Below, in pieces: positions 15,477 through 25,742 of a stretch of DNA of 40,522 nt. The notes beneath the pieces were generated by a model, which worked only from the letters and a program-made list of their open reading frames with translations, was not told the origin of the DNA and did no database searches. Both the position numbers and the translations under genes were made by a program. Every line of letters starts with the position of its first letter. Within the stretch, counting starts at the first letter, position 1. Origin of the DNA: a virus. The stretch lies in the IMG/VR virus record IMGVR_UViG_3300048790_000037, positions 1 through 40,522 of that record; one strand, given 5' to 3'.

Positions 15477-15510
15477 CTACCAGGAGAGGAATTCACAGCT
15501 CTCCTGGTAG
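15477..15510 (+). promoter_or_regulatory. Perfect 12-bp stem-loop without a U-tract
   Basis: CTACCAGGAGAG (15477..15488) pairs with CTCTCCTGGTAG (15499..15510), with a 10-nt loop. Confidence 0.6.
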
Positions 15511-15535
15511 ATGCCACACCTAAGGAATCAATGAA

Positions 15536-15916
15536 ATGACCTCTAACGCAGTACCTGCGGCCGTGACTCCGCCTTCACCGTACGAATGGTTAGAAACCGT
15601 ACATATGATAAGCAACGTAACGAATTCATCACAAGCTCAAGTGACTGTACCATCGCATGGATATACCTTGGCCGACGTAGATATTACCTCGGTAATGTTC
15701 AAGCAAGTCAAGGGTATGCTGCCCATCAACGGTATGCCCGGAGTCATCCAAAGCGTCATAGATTCAAATAACTTCATCGTCAACATCAACACGACGAACT
15801 TTCCCATTTACAGGTCCGGTGGTGTCGTCATCACCGATACAGGAGAGCCTCCCACACAGACGGTGGGTTTTCAGACATTCAATACACCTTGGCAAAACGT
15901 AGCCAAAACCAACTGA
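15536..15916 (+). CDS. Second FCCH-like-domain protein (putative decoration/cement protein)
   Basis: VMFKQVKGMLPINGMPGVIQSVIDSNNFIVNINTTNFPIYRSGGVV is paralogous to the domain in 14742..15467. Confidence 0.55.
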   Translation: MTSNAVPAAVTPPSPYEWLETVHMISNVTNSSQAQVTVPSHGYTLADVDITSVMFKQVKGMLPINGMPGVIQSVIDSNNFIVNINTTNFPIYRSGGVVITDTGEPPTQTVGFQTFNTPWQNVAKTN

Positions 15917-15922
15917 GGACAT

Positions 15923-16309
15923 ATGGTAAAGACAAAAAGCAAACTTAACGATAAACCAGGCGAGTTTATTGAAGAAATCATTTTACAAGAAAACCCTCCC
16001 GGGCTACCCGACGAACATGGAATCGTGTTAACTACGCACATCCCGCGGATGCGCAAGGTGCAGTTTTTGAACGGGCGGGATCCTGGATATCCACTTGAGT
16101 TTCATTACGCTTCTAAGACACATCCTCTCAAGCATTATCAACTCTTCCATGGATTCAACCACGAGCTACCTGAAGAGGTTATAGAGCATCTAGAGAACTG
16201 CGCTGAGAATGAGTACGCCTACCGCAAGAGTGTGCACGGACATCCTGAAATGTATGTCAAAGGTCAGAAATACCTGTATCAGTGTAAGAACATCAAGAGG
16301 GCTGCTTAA
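15923..16309 (+). CDS. Hypothetical virion-module protein
   Basis: 128-aa ORF in the structural operon. No recognised motif. Confidence 0.55.
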   Translation: MVKTKSKLNDKPGEFIEEIILQENPPGLPDEHGIVLTTHIPRMRKVQFLNGRDPGYPLEFHYASKTHPLKHYQLFHGFNHELPEEVIEHLENCAENEYAYRKSVHGHPEMYVKGQKYLYQCKNIKRAA

Positions 16310-17457
16310 TGGCTGCTGGCTGGTCTCTACAAAATATTGAAGCGAAAGTCAGGTCTATCACTGGCCGTCCTAGCGAGGACCAGCTAAGCAACCAGGAAGT
16401 CACTGATTATATTAACAACTACTACGTCTACATGATGCCTTTCGAGCTGAAAGAGCAGATAGAGAACCAGTATTTGCAGTTCAAGACAACTCCAGGCAAG
16501 GATGTGTATGTATTCCCAGAAGGATACTTCACCGACTCGCCTGGAGCTTATGCCGATGGATTTCCCCTAGTTTTCTACCAGGACCCAGACATCTTCTTTC
16601 AGGACTGGCCTCAGCAATACGCGGTAGATAATATCGCTACAGGTAACGCGTCGCAGATCACCTTTACAGGGGGTCTACAGAACCCGCCTGTCGTCATAGG
16701 CAGCCTGTTCATCACCTCAGACGACCCATTGACCAACGAGCAGCAGGTAGTTCAGGACCAGGGGAACATCGTCAATCAGCAGATCTCTACAGGCACTGGT
16801 ATTAATACATACAACGGAATCCTAACGGTATTCCAAATACAACCAGGAACCCTGTCGATTACAGACGGAGTAGAGACGTTTACGGACGGCGGGACGGGGT
16901 CTCTGGTAGGCAGTTTGGGAGGGAGAGGTACGATCGTGTATTCTACCGGTGTTTGGTCCGTTACGTTCAATGCGGCAGTGATCGCCGGAGTAGGCATAGA
17001 GGCTACATACCAAACGAATTTAACTATAGGCACGCTGTCAGGCGATGGGGCTGGTACGATAAACTATATCACTGGCGCTTATTCGGTGACGTTCAACTCC
17101 ACTCCTGCCGCCTCTGCATACATCTACGCTAAATACATAGGTTACTCAGGGAATCGTCCTCAAGGTGTTTTATGGTGGAATAACCAGTTCACGATGAGAC
17201 CTGTACCGGACCAGGCATATAACATACTCATGCAAGGCTTCATCAAGCCGAACATCTTGATGCTATTTAATGACACCCCTTTGCAGGTCGAATGGGGCCA
17301 GCTGATCGCTTACGGAGCAGCCCTAGATATCTTCTCCAGCACAGGCGATCTAGATAACTACGAGCGTTATTATCCCATCTTCAAACGCATGGAGAATATA
17401 GCTCTCGGAAGAACGATTCAACAATACACCGCTTCACAATCAGTTCCGAGGTTTTAA
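16309..17457 (+). CDS. Virion structural protein, candidate head-tail adaptor
   Basis: 382 aa with a TAATG overlap. Internal repeat GTIVYSTGVWSVTFNAAV / GTINYITGAYSVTFNSTP. The call rests on its position between capsid and tail genes, not on homology. Confidence 0.45.
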   Translation: MAAGWSLQNIEAKVRSITGRPSEDQLSNQEVTDYINNYYVYMMPFELKEQIENQYLQFKTTPGKDVYVFPEGYFTDSPGAYADGFPLVFYQDPDIFFQDWPQQYAVDNIATGNASQITFTGGLQNPPVVIGSLFITSDDPLTNEQQVVQDQGNIVNQQISTGTGINTYNGILTVFQIQPGTLSITDGVETFTDGGTGSLVGSLGGRGTIVYSTGVWSVTFNAAVIAGVGIEATYQTNLTIGTLSGDGAGTINYITGAYSVTFNSTPAASAYIYAKYIGYSGNRPQGVLWWNNQFTMRPVPDQAYNILMQGFIKPNILMLFNDTPLQVEWGQLIAYGAALDIFSSTGDLDNYERYYPIFKRMENIALGRTIQQYTASQSVPRF

Positions 17458-18048
17458 ATGGCTAATTATGATCCTAACATTCCACAACCGGACGATTTGA
17501 TAAGCGATAGTCAGTCTGAGATTTTGGCTAACTTTCAGCAATTAAATACCCAGTTTGGTATAGACCATCAACCTCTCTGGGATGGGTCTGAAAACGGTAA
17601 CGGATACCATCAATGGATAAGTTTCTTTAAAGCTTTGACATCTCCTCCAGCGCTGCCAAATCTATTTCCCCCGGCACTCGTTAACCCGTCCATTGAGTAC
17701 ACCCAGACGGTAGGTACTGACGCTCAGTTGTTCTTCAAAAATTCTACGACGATAGCCCAGTTAACGGGACTTGTTCCCGTCACAACAACCTCTGGGGCTA
17801 CAGGTTCGGGAATAATAACTCCCTGGGGACTGATCTTAAACTGGGGGGCGACAGTCTTAGGCAATTCGGGAACAACCAAATTTCAAATACCATATACCAC
17901 ATTTCCAACTACCTTTCCTGTAGTACTATTGACCCCATTGAGTTCCTTCGCTACCACGGCGATTGTAACCACGGAGAATAACGAGACTTTTTCCTGGTCG
18001 AATACACCGAGCGCTTCGCAAGTCTTCTTCTTTGCAATAGGAATGTGA
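17458..18048 (+). CDS. Tail protein (tubular-A size class)
   Basis: 196 aa. The N-terminus PDDLISDSQSEILANFQQLNTQFGIDH is typical of phage tail/fibre N-termini. It precedes the nozzle-like gene. Confidence 0.45.
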   Translation: MANYDPNIPQPDDLISDSQSEILANFQQLNTQFGIDHQPLWDGSENGNGYHQWISFFKALTSPPALPNLFPPALVNPSIEYTQTVGTDAQLFFKNSTTIAQLTGLVPVTTTSGATGSGIITPWGLILNWGATVLGNSGTTKFQIPYTTFPTTFPVVLLTPLSSFATTAIVTTENNETFSWSNTPSASQVFFFAIGM

Positions 18049-20132
18049 TGGCAGAGTTACAGCCTTATCTTATCTCCGAGTTTAAAACAGGTATCGCCAC
18101 GTATCTTAAGTCGTGGTCTAGACCGCAAGACGCTTTCTTTCCTTTGGAAAATGCTTGTGTCTACAGAGGAGTGATCAACAAGCGCAACGGGTCTACGATA
18201 TTCGGTAATCAGCTAGAAGACAATCAGCCCGTCATGGGTATTATACTGAGGATCGACGAATCTACCAGCGGTATTGAGCTATGCGGTATCTCTACGCGCG
18301 ACTTTTATACCTATAATCCAGGTTTAAATGCCTTCTCGGCAGTCAACACCATAGGAAGTACTACAGCAAGTTTCTGGGAAGGCACTGTCTATTCAGGCCT
18401 TTCAATCGCAGCTCCTCTTATGTGGCGTACGCTTGTTCCGGGATCGGTTACCGTGACGGCATATAATTTACAGGGGAACCCGCCGGTCGCAACACAGATT
18501 GGTCAAATGACCGATGACGGACTTATGGGATGGACGGCTCAATCGGGCATATTTATGGGTGCCGGTGCAGGGGGGACGATAGATTATTCACCACCTAACT
18601 ACTACACCAACTCTTTCACATATAATTTTTCTGCAGGACTAGCTCCTTCCCCCTATCAAGGCGTATATATAACCATTACCGCAGCGCAGACGACTGTGGG
18701 CAGTTCTGTATCTCCCGGTCTAGGTTACTTTACAGGAAACAACACCAACTTTTTCAACTATGTTAACTGGCAGCCGTCCGACCCAGACACAGGCGTTCTT
18801 AGTACGAGCTATCTCTACATAACTAACGATGTGGACCCCGTCACACTATATGATGGCACTAATCTTTCAAGACCCGTGTTCTACACCACATATGTCGTTA
18901 CCCTAGGAGGATCAGCTCCTAATCAGTTTCCTGTCTATACATACGGCAGATATGTCGTGACAGCGCAAGATGTCAATGTCTACAAGCAGAGTCTCCTTAT
19001 TTTTCGCCCGACAATACAATTGGGAGCCTCAGGATCGTCGGTATTTCCATCTAACCAAGCCATCTATTGGAGTGCCGTACAGAACCCGTTTAACTTCATC
19101 ATCAACGTCCCGGGGAACGGGGGATTCATCGTAGCGCCGACAGGCGATATATTTATCTCAGAAGAAATTCTGAAAGACGCCATAGTATGTTTCTTCAGCA
19201 ATAGCACATGGCTATTCCGCTTCACGGGCATAACAAGTTCTCCTTTCCGCATAGATAGGATCTCCGTCAACAAACGCAATAACGTGCCCTATGGGACCAT
19301 AGCTTATGATGAACGTGCCACGTCACTGGGAACTACAGGATTTCTAGACTGCGATGGGGTTAACGTGCAGCGGTATGATCCTCCCATCATCGACTACTAC
19401 GAGAGTTTGATATCTGAGCAATACATGTCCCAGATGTATTCCCAGAGATATGATAACCTAAGCCAGACGTGGATGAACTACGTATCAAATGATACCGTCT
19501 ACCCTATTGTTGGCACGGGCGCTCCCGGATCGGATAGCACGCTGATATATAACCATTTGGAAAATACGTGGGCGACCTACAAATGGCCTTTTCCTGTTAC
19601 CTGTATGGGTCTCTATTTCAAGCAGACGGCCACGACCTGGTCTACTCTCATGCAAACGTGGGCTTCCACCCAAGTGTCATGGGACTCTTATTTCTTCCAG
19701 AAGGGCACTCCCATTCTCTTAATGGGAGACGTTAATGGTAATATCTACCAAGTCGACAATGCTGGTAATAACAGCGATAATGGCAATGCCATCAATGTTG
19801 ACATTACTGGTACCAGATGGAATCCCATCAAGCAGGCTGGACAAAAGGTACAGATGCCTTATCTAGATTTTTACTACAACAAAACATCTAACGACTATGA
19901 CAAAGCCACAGAGCTGACTTTGAATTTCTATGTAGATGACAGCAACCTTCCAGCTATCACACTGCCTCTTACATTAGATGGAATCACCTCAAATTTGTAT
20001 TCTTGGAAAAGGATATATCCAAACATCATAGGCCGTTTTATTCAGCTTGAGATAACCGGGGGAGCTGATACTGCCTTTCAGATTCTAGGTATCAATTTAT
20101 GGGTCAAGCCAGCAGGGAGGTTCACGCCATGA
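18045..20132 (+). CDS. Tail tubular protein B / nozzle-like protein
   Basis: 695 aa. The N-terminus LISEFKTGIATYLKSWSRPQDAFFPLENACVYRGVINKRNG resembles gp12-type nozzle N-termini. An ATG at 18048 is an alternative start. Confidence 0.55.
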   Translation: MMAELQPYLISEFKTGIATYLKSWSRPQDAFFPLENACVYRGVINKRNGSTIFGNQLEDNQPVMGIILRIDESTSGIELCGISTRDFYTYNPGLNAFSAVNTIGSTTASFWEGTVYSGLSIAAPLMWRTLVPGSVTVTAYNLQGNPPVATQIGQMTDDGLMGWTAQSGIFMGAGAGGTIDYSPPNYYTNSFTYNFSAGLAPSPYQGVYITITAAQTTVGSSVSPGLGYFTGNNTNFFNYVNWQPSDPDTGVLSTSYLYITNDVDPVTLYDGTNLSRPVFYTTYVVTLGGSAPNQFPVYTYGRYVVTAQDVNVYKQSLLIFRPTIQLGASGSSVFPSNQAIYWSAVQNPFNFIINVPGNGGFIVAPTGDIFISEEILKDAIVCFFSNSTWLFRFTGITSSPFRIDRISVNKRNNVPYGTIAYDERATSLGTTGFLDCDGVNVQRYDPPIIDYYESLISEQYMSQMYSQRYDNLSQTWMNYVSNDTVYPIVGTGAPGSDSTLIYNHLENTWATYKWPFPVTCMGLYFKQTATTWSTLMQTWASTQVSWDSYFFQKGTPILLMGDVNGNIYQVDNAGNNSDNGNAINVDITGTRWNPIKQAGQKVQMPYLDFYYNKTSNDYDKATELTLNFYVDDSNLPAITLPLTLDGITSNLYSWKRIYPNIIGRFIQLEITGGADTAFQILGINLWVKPAGRFTP

Positions 20133-20560
20133 CCGCTCCTTATGGACTGCCTTATGTCTATGAGACCACGATTGTGCCTCAAGGATGGGACCTTTTCATA
20201 CCCTATTTCAACAGACTCTATGAACAGATAGCGAGCACGGTGAATAACAAAGACAATATAGCCTATACGATGGCTGTCACCAGCACGCCCCAGGACATCG
20301 CACAGACGCCTCAGTTCGGCGCGTTCATCATATGCGTGTCAGGAGTCGCCTCAACGCTCCCAACGCTCACAGCGAGCCTCTGTAAGTCAGACGCCACGCA
20401 GGCAGGATCTATAGCTATTCTGGGCTCTCAGGCGGGGACGGCAAATTGGGCCGGATTTAGCCTGACAATAATATCAACAGCCACCAACTTTCAGATATCC
20501 CATAACAACACAGGTCTCTCAGGAGCATTCAATATAAGACTAACCGGAACGCAGATGTAG
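20129..20560 (+). CDS. Hypothetical virion protein
   Basis: ATGA overlap with the nozzle gene stop. 143 aa. Confidence 0.5.
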   Translation: MTAPYGLPYVYETTIVPQGWDLFIPYFNRLYEQIASTVNNKDNIAYTMAVTSTPQDIAQTPQFGAFIICVSGVASTLPTLTASLCKSDATQAGSIAILGSQAGTANWAGFSLTIISTATNFQISHNNTGLSGAFNIRLTGTQM

Positions 20561-20567
20561 GGAAAAT

Positions 20568-21059
20568 ATGACTACAGCGACGACATATCAGGAAAACATG
20601 CCGAAAAAAGAGCTAAACATCGAAACGTTGCAGTTCGCTAGGCTGAGAATACCCAGACTCATCATGCCTGAGCTAATTGAGAGTGTGAGGGGATGTGAGT
20701 TCACTCCAGAGCAGTTTTACGAATTCCACGAAAGCCAGGCAGATAACCCCTACAACTATCTTTATGCAGTCATCGACGAGGATAAGAAGATTCATGGATT
20801 TCTTTGGGCACACACCAATAGGCTGGACAACTCCATATACATCAACTGCTATTCAATTTCAAAGGACTACTGGGGTAAAGGCAAAGCCATAGAAAAAGCT
20901 AAGGAAATACTCAGAGAGCTGGTGAGAAAGACCAAGCCTCATAAGATCTATTGGTCTACGACTAATGATAAGTTCTTCTCCAAGCATGGATTCAGAAGAT
21001 CTAAGAACGTATTAATGGAATATAATATCGATAAAGAGGGAGACGGAACAGATGGCTGA
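20568..21059 (+). CDS. GNAT-fold N-acetyltransferase-like protein
   Basis: IHGFLWA...YSISKDYWGKGKAIEKAKEIL...NDKFFSKHGF follows the GNAT motif A/B pattern (R/Q-x-x-G-x-G/A ... FY.k.GF). Confidence 0.55.
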   Translation: MTTATTYQENMPKKELNIETLQFARLRIPRLIMPELIESVRGCEFTPEQFYEFHESQADNPYNYLYAVIDEDKKIHGFLWAHTNRLDNSIYINCYSISKDYWGKGKAIEKAKEILRELVRKTKPHKIYWSTTNDKFFSKHGFRRSKNVLMEYNIDKEGDGTDG

Positions 21060-21549
21060 CAAGGGCGGAAGTGGATACGAGAAAATCGATACAGTGTCAC
21101 CTGAGCTTAAGGGGCTGATCGGTCAACTGATCCAGCAGGTGATACCTAACTACCAGGCAGCAGCAGAAGGATTCAAGCAGTTCCTGCCGGGCGGAGGAGG
21201 AGGAAAGGCCATCACCGACGCTGCTCAAAAGAACTTCCAGCAGCAGACAGTCCCGGATATCTTTAACTCGTTTGGAAGAGGATCTAAGGGGTCTAGCGCG
21301 CTTAACCAGACTCTGGCCACAGGGGCATCTAACCTGAACACGGATATAGCCTCTTTGATGTCTCAATACGGCCTTCAGGCAGCTTCCGGGTTAGGGGGAC
21401 TTGCTCAGGGTCAGCTATCAGGAGCTTCTCTGCCCACATTCGCTTTAGCGCCTAGACAGCAGCCTTTCGGTCAGCAATTACTAGGCGGCCTACTAGGCCT
21501 AGGGGGCCAACTAGGGGGAGCTTACCTCGGTCGCCCCGGAGGATTCTAA
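21052..21549 (+). CDS. Gly/Gln-rich putative internal virion protein
   Basis: 165 aa with low-complexity G/Q/L-rich sequence, in the position of T7 gp13/14-like genes. Confidence 0.45.
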   Translation: MADKGGSGYEKIDTVSPELKGLIGQLIQQVIPNYQAAAEGFKQFLPGGGGGKAITDAAQKNFQQQTVPDIFNSFGRGSKGSSALNQTLATGASNLNTDIASLMSQYGLQAASGLGGLAQGQLSGASLPTFALAPRQQPFGQQLLGGLLGLGGQLGGAYLGRPGGF

Positions 21550-21752
21550 TGCCTACGTACAATAAGCAATTCAAAGGCGGATACTTCCCTCAACAGCATT
21601 GGGACGAAAGCACGCGAGTGAATGGACATGAGCCCGACTCGCCAAGCGCCATGCGCAAACGCAACTCAGTTGCCAAGGGATCTCAGACAGAAGCTAGGCC
21701 CGGCATGGCAGGTAAGAACGATTATACGCGTAAAGCTAAGAGAGGTAGGTAA
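21549..21752 (+). CDS. Hypothetical basic small protein
   Basis: 67 aa with a TAATG overlap. Confidence 0.45.
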   Translation: MPTYNKQFKGGYFPQQHWDESTRVNGHEPDSPSAMRKRNSVAKGSQTEARPGMAGKNDYTRKAKRGR

Positions 21753-22954
21753 TGGTTCAGGTTCTACCGGCAGTACCGGGATTTGGTGAAAGGCTTGCTG
21801 ATACGATAACCCAGGCGGGATCTAACCTCCTTCAAGGTTACATGAAAGGCCAGCAGAATACCCGGGACGCTAAAGTTCTCGACAAGCTTGGCGATCCTAA
21901 CCTATCTCCTGTACAGAGATTTCAGCTCGTGGGCCAGTTGAGCCAAGATAAACAAAAGACGCTTATACCTGCATTCCATACGCTTCTGACAAGTCAGAAT
22001 CAAGCCAAGGAGGGAGAGCTTAACAGAAAGAACGCGCTTGATATAGCCAACATTAAATCTCAAGCTGCCGCCGTCAATAGACCAAAGGAACAAACCCCAG
22101 AAGAAAGAAAAGCAGAAGTCGGTGCTATTTTGGAGGCCAGCGGATTCACGCCCGAGGAAGTGGAAAAATATTCGCCATCCCTTACACCTAAATCAGCTAC
22201 GACCTTAGCTGAAAAAAAGCTCAACGCGGCAAATAAAGCACCTCGATTAACGCCTGAAGAGGAGAAAAAAGAGGCACAAGCAGGAGTTGAATCCACGCTT
22301 AGACAGGCAGGCTATAGCGCTGAAGATGCGAAGCAACAAGCAGAAAGCGGGCTGCCTCAAGCAGCTGCTAATACTATCCATAAGCAGTATCTAGAAAATC
22401 AAGAATACGTAGCGAAGCAGCTAGAAAAAGGCACTATACCTCCAGGGGAAAAAGAAGTTCTTCAAAGGACATGGAACAGGATAGCCGAGATAAAAAATGA
22501 GGGTTATCTAGGCATGAGGACTTCAGTCGACGACTGGCTCAACCCTGAATACATTCAGCATAGAAAAGAAGCAGATACTCTCGTGTCTCAATTTATCGGA
22601 GCGCTTAAACTGTTGGAGAGTAGTGGTCAACTTTCCAACACTAGGTTTAATGATATTGTCAGCCGATCATTTAGAACCATCGAAGGAATAGGTTCAGAGC
22701 ATCGAAATAGTACCAATGCTGAGATAGCCGGGGCGCTCATGGCCTGGGCCACTCAATTTGACCTTGATCCATCCGTTTTACTTGGGAAGTCTAAGGAAGG
22801 CAGACAAAACGAACCTACTCCGGAAAATCAGGATGTGTTTGGCGGAGGGAAGATTAAAGTCATACATCCAAAAACTGGAGAGGAATTCTACCCGGCAAAT
22901 AAGGAAGACCTTCAAGCAGCTAGGCGAGCTAAATGGAAGGTAATAGGTGAATGA
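21752..22954 (+). CDS. Putative internal virion/ejection protein
   Basis: 400 aa, highly charged and helical, located upstream of the largest virion gene. Confidence 0.45.
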   Translation: MVQVLPAVPGFGERLADTITQAGSNLLQGYMKGQQNTRDAKVLDKLGDPNLSPVQRFQLVGQLSQDKQKTLIPAFHTLLTSQNQAKEGELNRKNALDIANIKSQAAAVNRPKEQTPEERKAEVGAILEASGFTPEEVEKYSPSLTPKSATTLAEKKLNAANKAPRLTPEEEKKEAQAGVESTLRQAGYSAEDAKQQAESGLPQAAANTIHKQYLENQEYVAKQLEKGTIPPGEKEVLQRTWNRIAEIKNEGYLGMRTSVDDWLNPEYIQHRKEADTLVSQFIGALKLLESSGQLSNTRFNDIVSRSFRTIEGIGSEHRNSTNAEIAGALMAWATQFDLDPSVLLGKSKEGRQNEPTPENQDVFGGGKIKVIHPKTGEEFYPANKEDLQAARRAKWKVIGE

Positions 22955-25667
22955 TTTTACATCTAGGCTAGTTCCTGTCTCTCAAGGAGAAGAAACACCC
23001 TCTTTTATTTCAAGGCTTGTTCCAGCAAATAAACAGCCACCTGAAGAGTCAGGTGACGGTGTACGTAAACAAATTGCTAAAGAATTACAGTTTCCTTTGG
23101 GTGTGGCCAAATTCTATACTCAGCCAGCCAATATAGCTTCTGCTGCGCAAGTAGGCGCTTCTTACGATGCGCTACGTGATTTAAAAGAATCAGATTGGAT
23201 CAACCTATTATCTAACCCTGAGCATCCCGAACTTGACTTGCCATACGCCATGGATAGAGTCAACGAGCTGAATGCTAAATATTTCCCCACACAGAATAAA
23301 GCCGAAGAACTTGTTGAAGAGGCTACGGGGATTCCTTTGCAGCCAAAAAGTGATACGGATAGAGGTCTTAGACAATTCGCGTTCGGTTCAAGAGTTGCAG
23401 GGCCAGTGGGTGGAGCAGTGGCAGCATCCGCTTATTTCATTGCCAAGGGCGCTGGTGCGAGTGACGAAGATGCCACCGCCATATCCGACTTATCATCTGT
23501 GGCCCCATCATTTTATAGATTCCTCACTAACTTTGTAAAAAATACGTATAACCCTGTTTTGAAGGGTCAGATATTACCTCCACTAGCGCGTGGCCAAAAT
23601 CCTAAGCAAATCCCTTTTAAGCCAACCATAGAAGTAAGCCCAACTAAAACGCCCCAAGTCCCTAATCAGCCCACTCCACCAGTTGTTCAGCTTCCCCAGG
23701 CCATCCAGGGAGGTAAAACCAATATCACCTCCATCCCAAGACCAAGAGGACAACCGCCCTCGGTTCCGGCAGCAAATATCGAACCACAGCCTAAGTTCTC
23801 TTCGACCTACGACATGGGCAAAGCCGTTCAGCAAAGGGTTAACAAAGACGTTAGGCAAGCCGCTTTAGAGAGTGAATCGCCTGAGCAAATTGATTTGTCC
23901 GGTCCGCTAGGCCCAAGACCCGAGGCACTTCCCAAAGCCAATAAGCCCCTAACCAAGATTGAAAAACGCGACCCGACAGGCCAGAACCTCCAGCATTGGC
24001 TCATGCGAGATGTTGTCAAACCTATCATCACCAAAGAGAAACCCACTCTAGAACAAGACGTACTGAACCAAATATCGCCGGATCGTTACGACAACGAGAG
24101 CATCGGCGGCCGTCAAGTTAATCAACAAGTCGCTAAGATAGACGATCTAGTCTATGACCAGATTTCGCCTGCATATCAACTGGCTAACGATCTCACGAAA
24201 GATATAAGCGGGAACGTTCCTGATCTCAACAAGCACTTCAGAGAGGTTATTAACGATCTGTCCGGTAAGACTCTATCCGGTCCTTCAGCCAAACGACTGA
24301 GCTTCGCCCAGGACATGGTATCCCGTCTGGCGAAACTGGATAACAAATCCAGGGTCATCGGACATGTTCCTATTTCAGTGCCTAAGTTGATAGGACAAAG
24401 CCAAGAACTCAATAGGATGATCAAATTCGACTTCGCGCATGGGGAGGCTACTAAGGTATTCTTGCAAGATCAGAAAGCGATAGACGCGGCTATAGAGAAG
24501 CTTACAGGGCAAGACCCAGAGGCTTATAGAGCCTGGAAAAATGCTAAGGCAACTAGACAATATTGGGCTTCCATTTTCGATAATGACTATATCAATCCCT
24601 GGAGAGATCTAGAAAACAGGAACTATATCAGCCTATACCGAAGTGCCTTCAACCCGGATAAGTTCAACGAACTCAAAAGAGTATTAGAACTCACACCTCA
24701 AGGCGAACAAGCGCTGGCAAGGATTAAGGTAGATCTTCTCAAGCATCATGTAGGAGATTATCTAGAGCATCCTGAGAAGATATTTACGCCTAAAGGCACT
24801 CAGGCCTTCCGTGAGCTTAGGTCCGTATTTACTCCTAAAGAAGTGCAGAATATCCGCACGACAGCTAAGAGGCATATGGAAGCCGCTAGGCATAGGCCCA
24901 TAACATTCAGAGCTAATAAACCCGTCCCGGTGACGAAGGTTCCATACACCACTAAAACTAAAGAAAAGCATCCGCTAGCAGAGATGGGCCCGGAGAAGAT
25001 CGGCAAGCTAGCTCGCACGCAGGAAGGACTCGACACTTTAGAGGAAGTGTTGAGGAAAAACCCGCTCGATCGCAAATTGTTGCATAATATCAAGGAAGAG
25101 ACGGCATTAGATATTTTAAGCAAAGGTAAGATACAGCCACATGACAAGTCTAAGTCAATCAAAGAGGCTCTAAATGACAAAGATACATTGGCCGTCCTTA
25201 ACCGCCTCCTTGGACCGGTCCGAGTAAATCAACTTAGAACCATCGTAGACCAGTCGGATAAGATAGAAGTCTTTCTGAATCGGCTAGCCGAAGACCGAGC
25301 AAAAGCCGCCAAAGAAGCATTAGCCCTAAATAAGATGCACGCAAAAGGCAGAGCTGCCGCTGCAAAAGCCGATAGGAAAAGGCAGCTCAAGCAGGAAAAG
25401 GAAGCTCTGGCAGCTTTGGCAGATGGGGACAAAATATCCAACGCATCGAAAAACCTGGCCACAGTTTTCAAGTTCGTGGTCAAGCCGATTAAGTCGACTC
25501 AAAGCCTTTTGCTTAAGCTCTTCTCAGCAAAGAATATCGAGAAGTTCTTCCATGTTTCAGAGAAAATGAAAGGACTTCCCAAAGGTAAAATCAGCGAAGA
25601 GACCATCCGCCAGATCGCCAAGGATCTTGGAAAGGATCTCAATGATGTCATTGATCTTTTACAGTAG
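22947..25667 (+). CDS. Large internal virion/ejection protein
   Basis: 906 aa with a GTG start and GGAAGG SD. Pro-rich linker and K/E-rich helical regions. No lysozyme or transglycosylase motif recognised. Confidence 0.5.
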   Translation: MNDFTSRLVPVSQGEETPSFISRLVPANKQPPEESGDGVRKQIAKELQFPLGVAKFYTQPANIASAAQVGASYDALRDLKESDWINLLSNPEHPELDLPYAMDRVNELNAKYFPTQNKAEELVEEATGIPLQPKSDTDRGLRQFAFGSRVAGPVGGAVAASAYFIAKGAGASDEDATAISDLSSVAPSFYRFLTNFVKNTYNPVLKGQILPPLARGQNPKQIPFKPTIEVSPTKTPQVPNQPTPPVVQLPQAIQGGKTNITSIPRPRGQPPSVPAANIEPQPKFSSTYDMGKAVQQRVNKDVRQAALESESPEQIDLSGPLGPRPEALPKANKPLTKIEKRDPTGQNLQHWLMRDVVKPIITKEKPTLEQDVLNQISPDRYDNESIGGRQVNQQVAKIDDLVYDQISPAYQLANDLTKDISGNVPDLNKHFREVINDLSGKTLSGPSAKRLSFAQDMVSRLAKLDNKSRVIGHVPISVPKLIGQSQELNRMIKFDFAHGEATKVFLQDQKAIDAAIEKLTGQDPEAYRAWKNAKATRQYWASIFDNDYINPWRDLENRNYISLYRSAFNPDKFNELKRVLELTPQGEQALARIKVDLLKHHVGDYLEHPEKIFTPKGTQAFRELRSVFTPKEVQNIRTTAKRHMEAARHRPITFRANKPVPVTKVPYTTKTKEKHPLAEMGPEKIGKLARTQEGLDTLEEVLRKNPLDRKLLHNIKEETALDILSKGKIQPHDKSKSIKEALNDKDTLAVLNRLLGPVRVNQLRTIVDQSDKIEVFLNRLAEDRAKAAKEALALNKMHAKGRAAAAKADRKRQLKQEKEALAALADGDKISNASKNLATVFKFVVKPIKSTQSLLLKLFSAKNIEKFFHVSEKMKGLPKGKISEETIRQIAKDLGKDLNDVIDLLQ

Positions 25668-25742
25668 TGTGCACATAGAACGCGATTAGCGAAAGCACTC
25701 CATAGTATAGAGCCACTACCAGCATACCTGCAAAAATCACGC

